DNA of 64,000 nucleotides, taken from contig CM119266.1 in NCBI GenBank assembly GCA_051294375.1, forward strand, positions 6,093,431-6,157,430, given 5' to 3'. Positions within the stretch are counted from its first letter, which is position 1. Each line of letters opens with the position of its first letter. The notes beneath the pieces are model-generated. The model was not told the DNA's origin. It worked only from the letters and a program-made list of their open reading frames with translations, and did no database searches. This document shows, piece after piece, positions 26,092 to 38,336 of this stretch. The DNA comes from Paraspadella gotoi. Lineage: Eukaryota > Animalia > Chaetognatha. Position numbers and translations under genes: made by a program.

Positions 26092-29000
26092 CAGAAACAA
26101 AGGTAGAAAGAAAGAAAGAAAGAAAGAAAGACGGTCAAGTTGAAGAAAGAGAAAAAATAAGATGGAGGAAGAAAGAAAAGAATAAAAGATACAAATTTTG
26201 AGAGCGACTGACAAAAACCTCCCCTTTCCCCCGCCTAATCTTCCTCAGCGCAAGTTCGCCGAATTCGAAGACTCCGCCCGCGGGAAAGAGAAGGAGCTGG
26301 TCGCAGTCTTGGAGGATCTCAAATCTGTGGAGGCGAAACTCGCTCAAGAGAAGAGAACGGCGGAGAGAAACGTGGAGGCGTTGGACAATGAGTTGAGCGA
26401 CTGCAAGACGAAGCTGAGCGCAGCCGAGGGTGAGTGGTTGCATGATGGGAGGATGTGAATGTTTGTATGATCAGTGATCATATTCAATGAAAAAAAGAAA
26501 CGAATTGATTGCAGGATTAAACTCGTTGTGAGAAAAGTTGAATTTTTTGCATTATAAAACTTAGCGTGACTGCGTAGAGGAAAGGAAAGTGACTGCATGG
26601 TGATATTTCACTCACCCCTTTACTTCAACTCCCCCACCCCCGCCCCCCCGCTCACAAAGGCCGCGTCTCCGCCCTCGAACTCCAGATCGCTCGAGCGGAA
26701 GGCGCGAGACGAGACGTCGAGTTCAAACTGACTGCGATTCATTCTCATCTGAGGAGATCCTTGGGAGTCGGGCGAGACGGACCGACGCTGGGAAGTCCGG
26801 GAAGGAGACCGGTCTTGCAGTCTACGGGTGAGAGGCCTTTGGTTTTTATTTAATGTTTAATATCTAATGTTTATTCGAGAGTCATGTATGTTTTATGTTT
26901 AACATTTTTTCTATAGCAACGGTGAATACAAAAAATGTAAACTTTGTAACCCTGAAAATGTGCTATTTTCGTATACACTGTTTTAAGTTATCAAGTTTAA
27001 GTAGATCAAGCATTTTCATTAAGCATTGCACTTTTGTTCACATTTTGTTTTTTTACATTTTCGGCTTCAAGAAATCGAAAATGATACGACGTTGGAATCG
27101 ACGGCGAAAGAAGAAGATATGGAAATTCCGATTTCTCCGATTAAGAAAACGAACGGTGAGACAAAACAACAGCAAGAAAACAAAAAAGAAAGTGTAGCGT
27201 ACATAATATTAGGGTTAGGGTTAGGGTTGTACCAATTTCATAATATCATCAACGTTTACGTTTAAAAAAAAAAGAAGAAAAAATAGTTCAGTAAAAGTTT
27301 AAAAAATACGTAGGAGAATAATAAAAGTATTTAAAACATTCCATTTTCACGATTGATTAATATATAGATTAATGGATTTATTGATTGATCGATTAATTCA
27401 TTGAATGATTGTTCTTTTATCTCGACAACGTTACGTAATACTTCATTTTTTATTTTAATCATTTCTACGTATAGATTGTTCATTTGTCTATTACTATCTC
27501 TCTTTCTCTTACTCTCCTTCCCCCTTTTCCCCGAAGGCAACGACTCTTCGCTCTCCGCGGCCGAGGTCGACCCAGAGGGCGTTCGCGTCGCTCTCCTCGA
27601 CTTCGTCAACGCTTTCGCCGCTGCGAACAGAGAGCGCGACGACGCCGTCTCTCATTTGACTCTGACAAAAGCGCAACTCAAAGAGATGGAGGATCAGAGG
27701 GACAGACTGCACGAGAGGTACGGACTCGGTAATACAGAGTGTCCCACGCCTACTGTCACTCTATAAATGAAGGCTCTTTAAAATTGTAAAGTTGGAATTA
27801 ATTAAGTAAAAAAATTAAACCTGAAAGTTGAGTTCGTACAGTTTTTTCTGTGATCCTCATCACGATTATTGGTTTTTTGGTTTTGGTTTTCCCACATAGT
27901 ATGCGGTTAAAATGTGAGGGTTTCTGATTTGACAATCGCTCAAAACAATTTACAAGCTAAATTTAATTGGTTATTGGTTAATTGGTTATTGGTTGCAAAT
28001 TCATGATAGTACTTGTGTGACTTTCTGTTAAAGAAATCAGTCAGAAATCATTTTTCCCCGTTTTTTAAACTGTGCCAAATTTCTCTCCTCGCAGACTTCA
28101 TCAAATTCAAAAATCGATGGGCGAAGTTGAAGAAGACAAACGCGGCGTCGACGGACGGCTGTCGTCGGCGCAGACGGCGCTGCTGCTGCAGGTTTGAAAA
28201 TTTTATTGATTAAGTTCGTTAGTTCGTTCGTTAGAGGGTTTCTTCGTTCGTTAGTTCGTTCATTCGTTTGTTTTGTTTTTTTTTCCTTCTATTCTTTCTT
28301 TTCTTCTGTCTATTTTTGGTCGTTTTGTCTTTCTGTTTTTTATCTTTTTTCTTATTTTTTTTTTTATCTTGCTCTCTTTCTTAATTTTTCTTCTCTTAAT
28401 CTTTTTTAAGCTAATCCTCTCTCTGCGAAATGTAACTCATTTTTAACCTTCCTCAAAATTCCCTCTCCCATAGGAGGAAACGATCCGCCGAAGCGAGAGA
28501 GAGCGCCGATTGGCCAACGACAAAATCGTGACGTTGCAACAGAACCTCAAAGAGATGGAAGTCACGAAAAAAAATCTGGAGGTGAATTTGTGAAAATTGT
28601 AATTGTAATAATTATAATGTCAACTTTTTAAGCCCGAAGTTTTATAAGTTCATTTATTTTTATAATCATTTGTTATCTTTAATAACAATATTTATTAAAG
28701 AACTTAAACTTAAAGAAATAGATAAAATACAAAAGATAGATAAATAATAAATAATTATTAATCATAAATAATACTCAATGATTATTATTAATAATAATTT
28801 TTTTAACAAAAGGATCGAATTTCGCGACTAAAGGAATCGGAGGCGAAGAACGAGGCTGAGCGGAAGCACCTCAAGTCGCTCGTCGAATCGACGGAAGTTC
28901 GGGCGACGCAGACGGAACTCTCCAAGCGCGCTGTCGAAGGTGTCGAGGGGGGTAGAGGGTGATGCAGAGTTGTTGAAGGGTGCCGAGGTTTCGCGGCAAA

Positions 29001-29349
29001 CGCGAGATTATTAGGTATAAAAAAATGAGTATTTTTTTATCTCAAAATTGTTCGTCATTCTCATTTGCATATTGCAGCAAATTTTTATTTCGGTGAAGCA
29101 TTTTAGATAATGAGTGCATTGACATATTCCGCATTGACGGCATTGACGACGGCAATGAGAACTACTACTTCTTATTAGATCGTTAGGATGAGATAAATTT
29201 ATTTACATATTATTTTAAGATAACCCCAGCTTTATTTGAAATTCTTGGTCAGTTTCGATGTGAATCTAGATCCAGACAGAATGATTACACTCCTGTTAAA
29301 ATTGTTTAGAGCTATTTTTAATAACGCGAAACTGACAGAAGAATCGCAT

Positions 29350-29397
<48 letters not shown>

Positions 29398-32300
29398 CAC
29401 CCTACCATCAGGCGATTTGCAACGCGTCAATATGCTGCTGCTGGACAAAGAAACTGAGCATCAGGTGCTGCAGGAGCGCATCGAGGCGTTACAGACGTTG
29501 AAGCGCGAGGAGGAGGCGAAAAACAACGCGCTGCAGGTGTCGCTGGAGAGACAGGCGTTGTCGTTGCATCGACAGGAAGAGGGGCAACAGGCGCTCAACA
29601 CGAGGATGCAGGTTAAGATTTAAATTTAGATTTGGTTTTAGATTTGTAATTAAATTATGATTTACATTTGCATTTTTATTTGATTTAGATAGAAATTAAT
29701 TTATATTTGACGTTTTATTTATATTTGCTTTTATTTAGAGTTAAATTTTTGAATTAAATTTGCTTTTTTTTAGGATTTGAAATTATATTTTGTTTTAGAT
29801 TTACGTTTTGTTTTGGATTTATAAATAAATTTGAATTTGTATTTTAAGTTTAATTTAGATAACATCGTATCCGACTTAAATTTTTTTTTCAGCGCCTCAA
29901 CGAATCTCTGGTCGAATCGAGTCAAACTAGCAACACCCTGCAAGACAAAGTCGTCAACTTGCAGAACGCTCTTCAAGGTGATGTCTCTATACGTCTTGTT
30001 TAACGATGTAATTGTCATAATGTCATATGCTAACCCAAACTAAAGATCACGTCTTCTTCTCCCCCTTCCAACGCCCCCCTTCATCTCCATTTCCATCTCC
30101 ATCTCCATTTCCGTCTCCATTTCCATCTCCATTTCCATCTCCAGCCAGCGAAAACGATCGACGAATTTTGCAAGAGAAACTTGACGCGACTCGATCTTCG
30201 TCCAACGAAGCGAAGAAGCAAAATCATTCGTTGATGGAGAAGGTGCAGAGTCTCAACGCTGAGATCGCAGAACATCACCTCAGGTAGGATGAAGATGCTG
30301 TTGATGGAGGTTCAACATCAAGGAAGATTTTGATTTAAAGCAATCTGCAATCAGAAAAAGAAACTTCGTTCAGATCCTAAAATTCTTTATTCTTATGAAG
30401 TAAAATGATAATATTTAATTATACATTTTTTCATTTATACATTTAATAGCATGATAAAATCTTAATTCATCGTCAGGTCTTCGGAGTTGGACGGTCAGCT
30501 GCGTCAGGCCAACACCCTCCTGTGTCAGCGGCAGGAGGGGGAGCAGGAGCTGATGCAGCAAATCAGCAAATTGCAGCGGCACAAGAACGATTTGATGGTG
30601 AGCTTCAAACATTATAAAATATTAATTTAAGTTTGGAATCTAAATTTCTTTTTTTTTTTTCCTTTTTTTCAGATGAAAGTTGATTGTTTACAAAAGCAAC
30701 TTTCATCCATCGAATACGAGAAGACAGACATCGCGAAAAGTCAACAGAAATTGGAGAGAGACAAATCGGTTTTGAGAAAAACCTTGGAAAAGGTTAATTT
30801 TATTTATTATAATGTAGTTTTGATTTAATTTAACCTTTTTTGAATACAAACGTAAAGACGGAATCGGGTTTGGCCAAAACCGAGGAAGAAAAGTTCGCCT
30901 TCGAAGAAAGAATGAGAAGAAAGGACGACGAAGTGGCCGAATTTCAAAAGCAGGTCAGGCCGAAGGTCACTATCCTTTTTTATCTATCACTATCACATCC
31001 TTTTTTATCTATCGCTATCCTTTGTCCTAATTATTTTTTTACTTTTCTTCCTTTTGTTTTATTTATGGATTGATTGATTTATTTATTATTTCTTCTCTAT
31101 TTTTTTATTTACTTTTTTTTTAAACAGTGATTCTTTTCTTCTTTGACTTGGTCGTTATTTTTCATATTATTAAAATGTAGTTTAAAACAATTTCTAATTG
31201 CCAAAATCGGCATTACTTTATTACAAAGTATTGAAAATATCGTTATTGTTACCTCTACGTATACAATTTATGTTTGTTACATCGCTATAATAACTAAAAT
31301 GGCGAATCCATTTTAACTTTCCAGATCCAAGATCTTCACGCGAGTTTGGCTAAATCGGAACAGGCGCATGCGCAGAGACTCATCGATCTGACGACGCGTC
31401 ATCGACAAGAAACGGAGATAGAGACGGAGAGATTGAGATCCTCGCAGGTTGGTGGGGAGTGGTTCCGGGTGGTGGGATGAGGGTGGCGAGATTAGAGGGG
31501 GGATTAAAAGTTTGGGGGTGGAGAGAGTGGGTATTTGCTACTACCTAGAAATCTTAAGGAATAAGTATGGAATCCAGTCTTGACCAATTGGCCATGTATG
31601 AGTCTTTATTGTGAGCTTTGGGTTTTTTGCACTCTTGTAAGAAAGATGGAGAATTTTTAACTGACGTTAGAATGTGTCAAGGCGAGTCGAGACAGCTCGA
31701 CTATGAATAATTTTATAATTTGAAAATTTTTAAATTGAAAAAAAAGAAACTCCTCCATTTCATTAATATTTCATTTACAATTTTACATTTTCGAAAGTCT
31801 AATCATCCTTTTTATATTAAACATTAATTTACACATCCGAGGTTTTAATATATGAGTTATTTTAAAGTGTTTAACATTTAATTAAAACTCTTCATCAAAG
31901 TCTCAAGCGGAACGAACGCTGGAAATCCGCGAACGCTCTCACCGTCAGAGAGTCAAGGGATTGGAGGAGCAAGTGGGGACACTGAAGGATCAACTGGCTC
32001 AGGAGATCAGCAAACGACAATACTACATCACCAGGTGACCTTTTTTTTTCATTTAATTTTCGAAACTATTTTCCGAAAGCGGCCCGTTCCTGTCTCTTTA
32101 TTCCTGAACTTAACTATAACCTTAGAATTTACCAAAACTTTGATTTAACCCCCAACGTTAATTCTTAAATTTAAACTAATCCTAATCCTTAACTTTATGC
32201 TTTAATCCTAAACCTTAATCCAAATCCAGAACCCTTTCTCTAATGTAATCCCTAACCTAATCCCTAACCTAATTTCATAATCTAATGTTAATGCTTAAAA

Positions 32301-34385
32301 GTTAATTAAATATAAAAACTGACTTGTTTTTAAATCTAAGCTAAAATATTTTCAACCACAACAGTTTTGACTGACTGACCAGTGACCACGACCTTCCCCT
32401 TTCTTTCGGCACCGCAGATCACTCCGCGCCGGAGAAGAGATGCGGTCCCTCCGTTCCATCCTCGGCGCCGCATCCCCGGGAGCTGGCGACGCCGATGACG
32501 CCGTTGCCGGCGCCGTCGCAGGAGACGGCGTCGATCGATTCCATGACAAAGACGCCGCGGAATTATCGATGGGAAAGAGTCTGAGGGATTCGGGATTCGA
32601 AACGAAAAGTGAGATTTGGTGGATTTGGTTGATTTTAGGAGGGTGAGGGATGTAACTTGATTGTAGGCGGGTAAGGGATGTAACTTGATTGTAAGCCGGT
32701 GAGGGATGTAACTTTATTGTAGGCGAGTAAGGGATGTAACTTGATTGTAGGCGGGTGAGGGATGTAACTTGATTGTAGGCGGGTGAGGTATGTAACTGAA
32801 TGTAATAGTTAATAAAATAGAAGAATTAAAGAGAGAGGGGGAGAGAGAGACGGGCACTTCCTTACCTTATACCTCTCCGTCCTCCTTACCCTCTTCAGCC
32901 GGAGCCAAAGATATCCTTCTTTCTCCGACTCCAGATTTTCGCTCAACATTTTCCGGCAAAAACGATTCCACTCGATCGAGTCTCCGGATTCCGGAATCGA
33001 AGCCGGAATCTCGGCGGAGGACGCCGCCCACCAAACTGGCCGCCGCCGACGCCGCGAGGTCTTGAGATTGGATGGAATGAATGGACTGCAATGAGTGACA
33101 ATGTGCAATTGACGCTAAGGGACTGCCGCTTATAGTTATAGACTGCTATAGTAATTAACGTTTTAAATTTAAACGATTTTTAGTATTTAATCTTGAAGTA
33201 TTTCCCTAATTACTTTTAATTCTTTGTGACAAATAATTTTGTTGCGTTCGTAAATCTATTTTTAAATTAAAAATTTAAAATATTCCATTCTCTGCGATGA
33301 TAGGGTAAGCCTACTCAAGTTTTAAAAAAAATTATTACAAAAATATAAAAGAGAATTAAATTATTTCTTGCCACTTAGATTAGGTACGAGCTTTGGTGTT
33401 TTTTGTCACATAAAACCGTCAATAATTTTATTCTACAAAGAGAATATGCATAGAAATAATAGGACTAATTTATAAAATAAACCACCAAAGCTTGTCCAAA
33501 GTCAGTGACAAGATAGCTTATTTATTAAATGAATGGGTAATTTTTATATTGGTTGTTGATAAAAAAATAATGAAAAATACGGATTTTCTGAGAATTTTAT
33601 GGAAAAATTCCTCCCAAATCGAATTTTATTTTAACGGTTTTGATTTTTTCTTTAGGCCGATGGAAGGTAGACGCCAATTGTCACCAACAAGAACACTCTC
33701 TCCCGTCAGGTACATGATACATAATTATAGGGGTCGCCCCACTCAATGAGGTGAGTCAAAAAGTTAGATCGAGTACAGGCTCAAACGAAAATGTATTCAT
33801 TTTGTCAAGAATACTTTCAATGGGCAAAAAATTTAACCTTTTGTCGACTAGAACGCGCAGCGGTTCTCCCCAGCGCCACCGCGCGGGCGCGACTCACCAA
33901 AGGCTGACGTCGACGCCGGCGACGAAAGTGAGCGACGCCGGAGCGAACTCGGGTAAGTTTTGGGTGAGTTCGGAGAAAATTAGGTTAAAAACTCATTTTT
34001 ATAAACCGGTTTATCAGGTTAATCGGGATAAGAACAGACCTTTTTTTAGAAATTGGGTAATCATTAAGGACAGAATTTTTTTACTACCCCTTGTTAACCT
34101 TTCTTTCCTTTTTTTCTTTTCTCTTCTTTTCCTTTTTTCTTTTCCTTTCCTTTCCTTTTCCTCTCGTTTTCTTTCCTTTCCTTTCCTTTCCTTTCCTTTC
34201 CTCCATATCCAGAGCCGTATTCATGGCAACAACGCGCCACTAGTCCTGATCGTCAATCCGCTTCTCAAACAGACAGCCTTCGCTTCTCCCGCGAGTCCCA
34301 GCTGAGAAGCGGACATTCGAAACCGCTTCCCACGGGGTCGGCCGCGCAAAATGGATTTCAGCGGAGAAGCAACCGAAATTCATGA
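10410..34385 (+). CDS. CROCC: Rootletin (ciliary rootlet coiled-coil protein), about 48 exons
   Basis: GT-AG exons; the junctions I translated join in frame. They give EEESASYRRKLESFHESQQRQAQLVQKLQSKVIQYKRKCSELEQ, LESALVRLEEEQQRGASLAHVNSMLREQLD, YYSNEHNKLLSLW, DALRGIASLVLSDAE, EVDPEGVRVALLDF and RERSHRQRVKGLEEQV, all recognisable rootletin motifs in a long coiled coil. First exons 10410-10608, 11415-11574 and 12771-12972; last exon ends at TGA 34383-34385. The start codon and last three exons are less certain. Confidence 0.93.
14563..14608 (+). pseudogene. 3' half of a mature tRNA-Leu including CCA
   Basis: ACCAG-TCTCTTAGGAGGC (long variable arm)-GTGGGTTCGAATCCGAC-CACTGCC-A-CCA matches the animal tRNA-Leu(AAG/TAG) 3' half. 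Confidence 0.85.
14611..14900 (-). mobile_element. LTR (Ty3/Gypsy-like) followed by a tRNA-Leu primer-binding sequence
   Basis: Minus strand TGTAAGTAT...ATACTTAAA (terminal inverted repeat, one mismatch), with internal CCAAT, TATAAATA and AATAAA in LTR order, then TG + TGGTGGCAGTGG. Confidence 0.75.
14975..15083 (+). repeat. Dispersed repeat (family C); inverted copy at ~59838-59960
   Basis: GCCCCTGACTTTGGACAGG...CTCCATCACTCTTACAAGATAATGACA matches the reverse complement of 59838-59900. Confidence 0.7.
17461..17683 (-). mobile_element. Family-A solo-LTR-like element in a rootletin intron
   Basis: Near-identical to 22847-23101 and 38337-38592 apart from an internal deletion; termini TGTGG...CCATA; 4-bp TSD TCAT/TCAT. 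Confidence 0.85.
17512..17594 (-). ncRNA. Putative twister ribozyme, type P5 (family A)
   Basis: Same core; T1 loop TGG pairs with CCG through a U-G wobble; one P3 mismatch. Confidence 0.62.
19620..19870. repeat. Minisatellite (~23-nt and ~20-nt units containing TTGAGAGTGGA)
   Basis: Tandem GCATGAAAATGTTGAGAGTGGAG units. Confidence 0.85.
22847..23101 (-). mobile_element. Family-A solo-LTR-like element in a rootletin intron
   Basis: Full-length copy; 4-bp TSD CCAT/CCAT. Confidence 0.88.
22898..22980 (-). ncRNA. Putative twister ribozyme, type P5 (family A)
   Basis: Same core as 38458-38541; predicted cleavage between 22953 and 22952. Confidence 0.72.
32641..32797. repeat. Minisatellite, 28-nt unit
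   Basis: Tandem GGGTGAGGGATGTAACTTGATTGTAGGC units. Confidence 0.9.
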
Positions 34386-35307
34386 TCGCCTTTTTTAAAA
34401 CAAAAACACATTTTTTTACATTACTAGTAGTATTACAGTTGCCTTATTAGTTTAATACTTACTTATTTTTACACTTGCCTGTATTATTTTATTTTCATTT
34501 TTTTACCATGTACATCGCAAAGTTACTGTACATTGTACACCTCGTGTATTATCCTAACTGGATACATCGCCTCGAACAATCATTGACTATTTAAAAAAAA
34601 CGAGATCATTAAAGTATTATTATTTTTCATCACGCTTTTTTAATCATACATATAATTATGTTCGTAATATATATAGAGAGAGAAAGAAAGAGAGCGACAA
34701 CTTTAGTTAGTTTGATTATGATCACAATCACATGATTATGACCAACTATAAACAACGAAAATAAAGAAAAATACACAATGATCAACTGACTGTAATTTTT
34801 ACAAAAGTAAAATTATATTAAATAAAATATTCCACGTCAGCCCATTTTAAAAATTCGGGAATACAAGTCAAGGATGATCTTATGATAATTTCGTTTCTCA
34901 TCGAGTCAAATGCCTTAAATTTAACCGGTTTTCCCATAATATTTAAGATTACAATCTTTTCCAGAAAAAGAAACATTAAAAAAAATTATACTGAGGTTGT
35001 ATAAATTTGTTTTTCTTTGCGGTTATATTTTTCAATATATATATCCCGATCTCAAAGGGCTTTGCGAGCTCTTTTTAGAATGTATCCTTATTTATTTCAA
35101 ATGCAATAATTCATTATTATAATGAATAATATAGTAGATTTTTCATGATATAGTCGTAATGAAAATATTTTAATCGCTTTCAAAGAGTTATTACGTTACT
35201 CCAACTAGATACCACTGTAGTTACGATATGCGATGAAGCTGAGGAACTTCTTTTTAGGAAAAAAAACCCAAGTGGCTCCCAAAAGAATAAAATGATGACG
35301 TAAGCAA

Positions 35308-35919
35308 TAAGGCGTAGTAAAATTCCTAAATTTAACTTTAATTAAAATTCTAAAAATGAGGAACGAACAACATTATACTAATGAACATTTATGTAATAAA
35401 AAAATTCATATTAAATTTTACAATTTACGCAGTAGGCAATATTTATACTAATACTAAACCAATAAATGTTCAAATTTCAAAACAGTTTTTTCTAAGATTT
35501 TTTTGCAGATTTGGATTCGTCATAAAAAGTTGGTATAAAGAAATATAACTCTTTTTGAAAAATTCATTCATTAACTGGGTCAAAAATTAAAAAAACCTAT
35601 ATTTTAAGCTGAAAATTAATTTTTTATATATTAAATATATATATTTTAATTTCTAACCCACTTAATGAAAGAATTTTTAAAAATGATTTATATTTTCTTT
35701 TATTAACTTTTGACAAGGAATTCAAATCTGCAATCAAAATTTAAAAAAGCCTATTTTGAAATTTTTCGATTTTATAAGGAAAGTACTATATATAAATATA
35801 GGCTACTGCGAAAATTAACAAATATAAAATTCATTTTTTTTACAAATTAATGTTCACTGATGGTATGTTGTTCATAATTGACTTTTAGAATTTTCGTATG
35901 TAACTTTCACTACGCCTTA
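35308..35919. mobile_element. Diverged foldback/MITE-like palindromic element
   Basis: Ends TAAGGCGTAGT/ACTACGCCTTA; internal arms TTGCAGATTTG/CAAATCTGCAA and AAATTTCAAAA/TTTTGAAATTT are symmetric about ~35620. Confidence 0.7.
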
Positions 35920-36581
35920 GTAAGCAATACTAAGCTTACTAGGCATTCATTGGTTAAAAAATTATCCCCCCCCCCAAAAAAAAAACCTGCTTGTAACTTA
36001 AATCCCAAGTTACTAGACCAGAAAATATTTCTGTCAAGTATAAAACCTGGTAGTCGTTGACGAAGCAGACCAGTTCCCTAACTTGAAAGTTTAAAAACAA
36101 CATATTTAGTTTTGACACGAAAGGATATAGTTTCAAACATTAAATTTTAATGGGACTCATGACCGGTTTTAATTATTTAACACCCAATAAAAAAACCATA
36201 ACAGTTCGCTAAGAGGAAGTTTAAACTAACGAATAAAAATCCCGTTTTAGAAATGAGAACACGAACTATGCTTTCGGTCTGAAAAAAAAAAACGAACAAA
36301 ACCCAAAATTGCGTCAGCCGATTTCTTAGTAGGGATCTGCTTTTACGTTCTTTGGAGATAATTCTTTTTCCGTCAAATTTTACTTTCGCCGACCGGGGTT
36401 TTGGCGTCTTTTGGAAAAATACCACCCCTAACCCTAAACTCTTCCAAAATTACAGTTTTCCCTAAATCCCCCCCAACCTCGGTCGGCGAAAGTAAAATGA
36501 ACCCTAGTTTTCAAAATGACGATCGCAAAACCTTTTTTTTTTTTAAACTTATGTATATTAATTTTTTTTTTTCAAAAAGAA

Positions 36582-38171
36582 ATGACCAACAAACTAAAAC
36601 AAGCATTATTTCTGTACAAAAACTCGATCGCCGGAGATGACCCATCCGGAGATGAGTCAACCGGCGCCGACGACAAAACCGGCGCCGACGACAAAACCGG
36701 CGCGGCGTGGCGCCGAAAACGACGTCGATCGGAGACGGCGACGGAGTTGATCGTCGTCGTCATCTTCGTCGTCATCGTCATCGTCGGTTTTTGGTTGCAA
36801 AATAGAATCGCGTCGAATTTGGAGATCAAATCATTGAAGGCGGAATCGGCGAAGCTGAAAAGTTAGTCTTGTCTGTAATGCATTCATGTGTTCTTTAATC
36901 GTTAAATTTATTTAACGGCTAAAATGAAATATTGTACAATTTGCTTTTTAAAATAAGCGTATGGTTTCTTTGTTTCTATTTCTAGTATTTCTTACATATA
37001 ATTTATGATTTTAGATTTTCGAAATTTAAATATTTACTCGTTTACTTTTTTAATTAGCTCTTAAAGATTAATGTAAATAATGTAATAGATATTATTAAGT
37101 AAGTTATGTCACATATGTTGTAAGAGTGTTCAAAACATGTTTCGTTTAGAAAAAAAAACGGACTACGGAAAAATTAAAATAAACTTTCTTTCATTCAACT
37201 AAAATTTTTAGTCAATACTTCGTCGCTACAAATTTTCCCGAATGAAACGATGGACTTGAATTTCAAGAATGAATGTAAGTTGACAAATTCAAAAGGAGCT
37301 GCCGATCCGGCATTGTTTGCTCAAACTCGTATATAATTAAGACAGATTTTTGGTCACTACTAACAGGATTAAACGATGCGACGAAAGTTTTATAGATGTC
37401 GATAATGATTTATATAGAAGACTGCAATATGTAAACTAGTTTTTTTTTTTTGTCTAAAACAAAATATTAAGTAACTATTATTGAGTCATGTCACTAATTA
37501 AGAAAGTCTTAATAATTTATGAAAAAGCCTTTAATAAGCATTCTACATGCCCCCACCCAGCCCTCCCAGCGGACCACCTCCACCTCATTGTCGCCCCAAT
37601 CCTCAAATGCCCCGACGGCGTCTACGTCGTCGAGTCGGCCGACGGATGTTCCAACTCATCGGCGTCGACGCCGCGAACGGATCCCACTGGCGCCGACTTC
37701 TTTACTATCCTCGATTGGGAAATTTCGGCGCCGTCCGCCGACTCGCATCGACGACGATCGATGGAACTGACCCACGATGGCGCCGTCACGATTCGGCGTC
37801 CCGGCGTCTTTTTCGTTTATGCCTCATTCGAGTTTCTTGGTGTCGGAAATCGATGCGCCTATGAATTGAGGATCGAAGAGGAAGAAGAAAACGAGAGGAG
37901 GGATTCATCTTCCTCCTCCTCCTCCTCCTCCTCGTCCCAGGATAAAGTCAAGTGCATCGACGATCGCCCTACGTCCGCTGCCGACGCCGCCGCAGATGCT
38001 GCTCGAATTACTCACGACACCAGGCGGCGTCCCTGCTTTTCAGCGTTCGCCAGGCGCCTGAGAGTCGGTGGTAAAGTCTGGCTCGATTACCTGAAGACGG
38101 GTCAGTGTCACGGCGATGCTCTTCTGTCTTTGAGACGGAGCTACTTGGGACTCGTCAGGCTCAGCGACTGA
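36582..38171 (+). CDS. TNF-superfamily ligand, type II membrane protein (~317 aa)
   Basis: Exons 36582-36861, 37212-37274 and 37561-38171 join in frame (954 nt). A basic cluster RRKRRR precedes the TM segment LIVVVIFVVIVIVGFWL. The C-terminal domain has TNF-homology hallmarks: HLHL, LDW, DGAVTIRRPGVFFVYASFEF and terminal SYLGLVRL. Confidence 0.8.
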
Positions 38172-38336
38172 GGCGCCTATGGCGGATTTCGAAAAAAACA
38201 AATGATCTCTCTCCGCGCGTAATTTTATCGAAGATTATTCCCTTTTTAATTGTCTGAAATGCTTGTTTTATTATTTTTATTGGCGTTCCGTTTAGCATTG
38301 AGCGTCAGGACCATTGGATGTTGCTAAATGAACCGC

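Noticed and set aside
32641-32797. 28-nt direct repeats as a CRISPR array
   Set aside because: Head-to-tail with no unique spacers, inside a eukaryotic intron.
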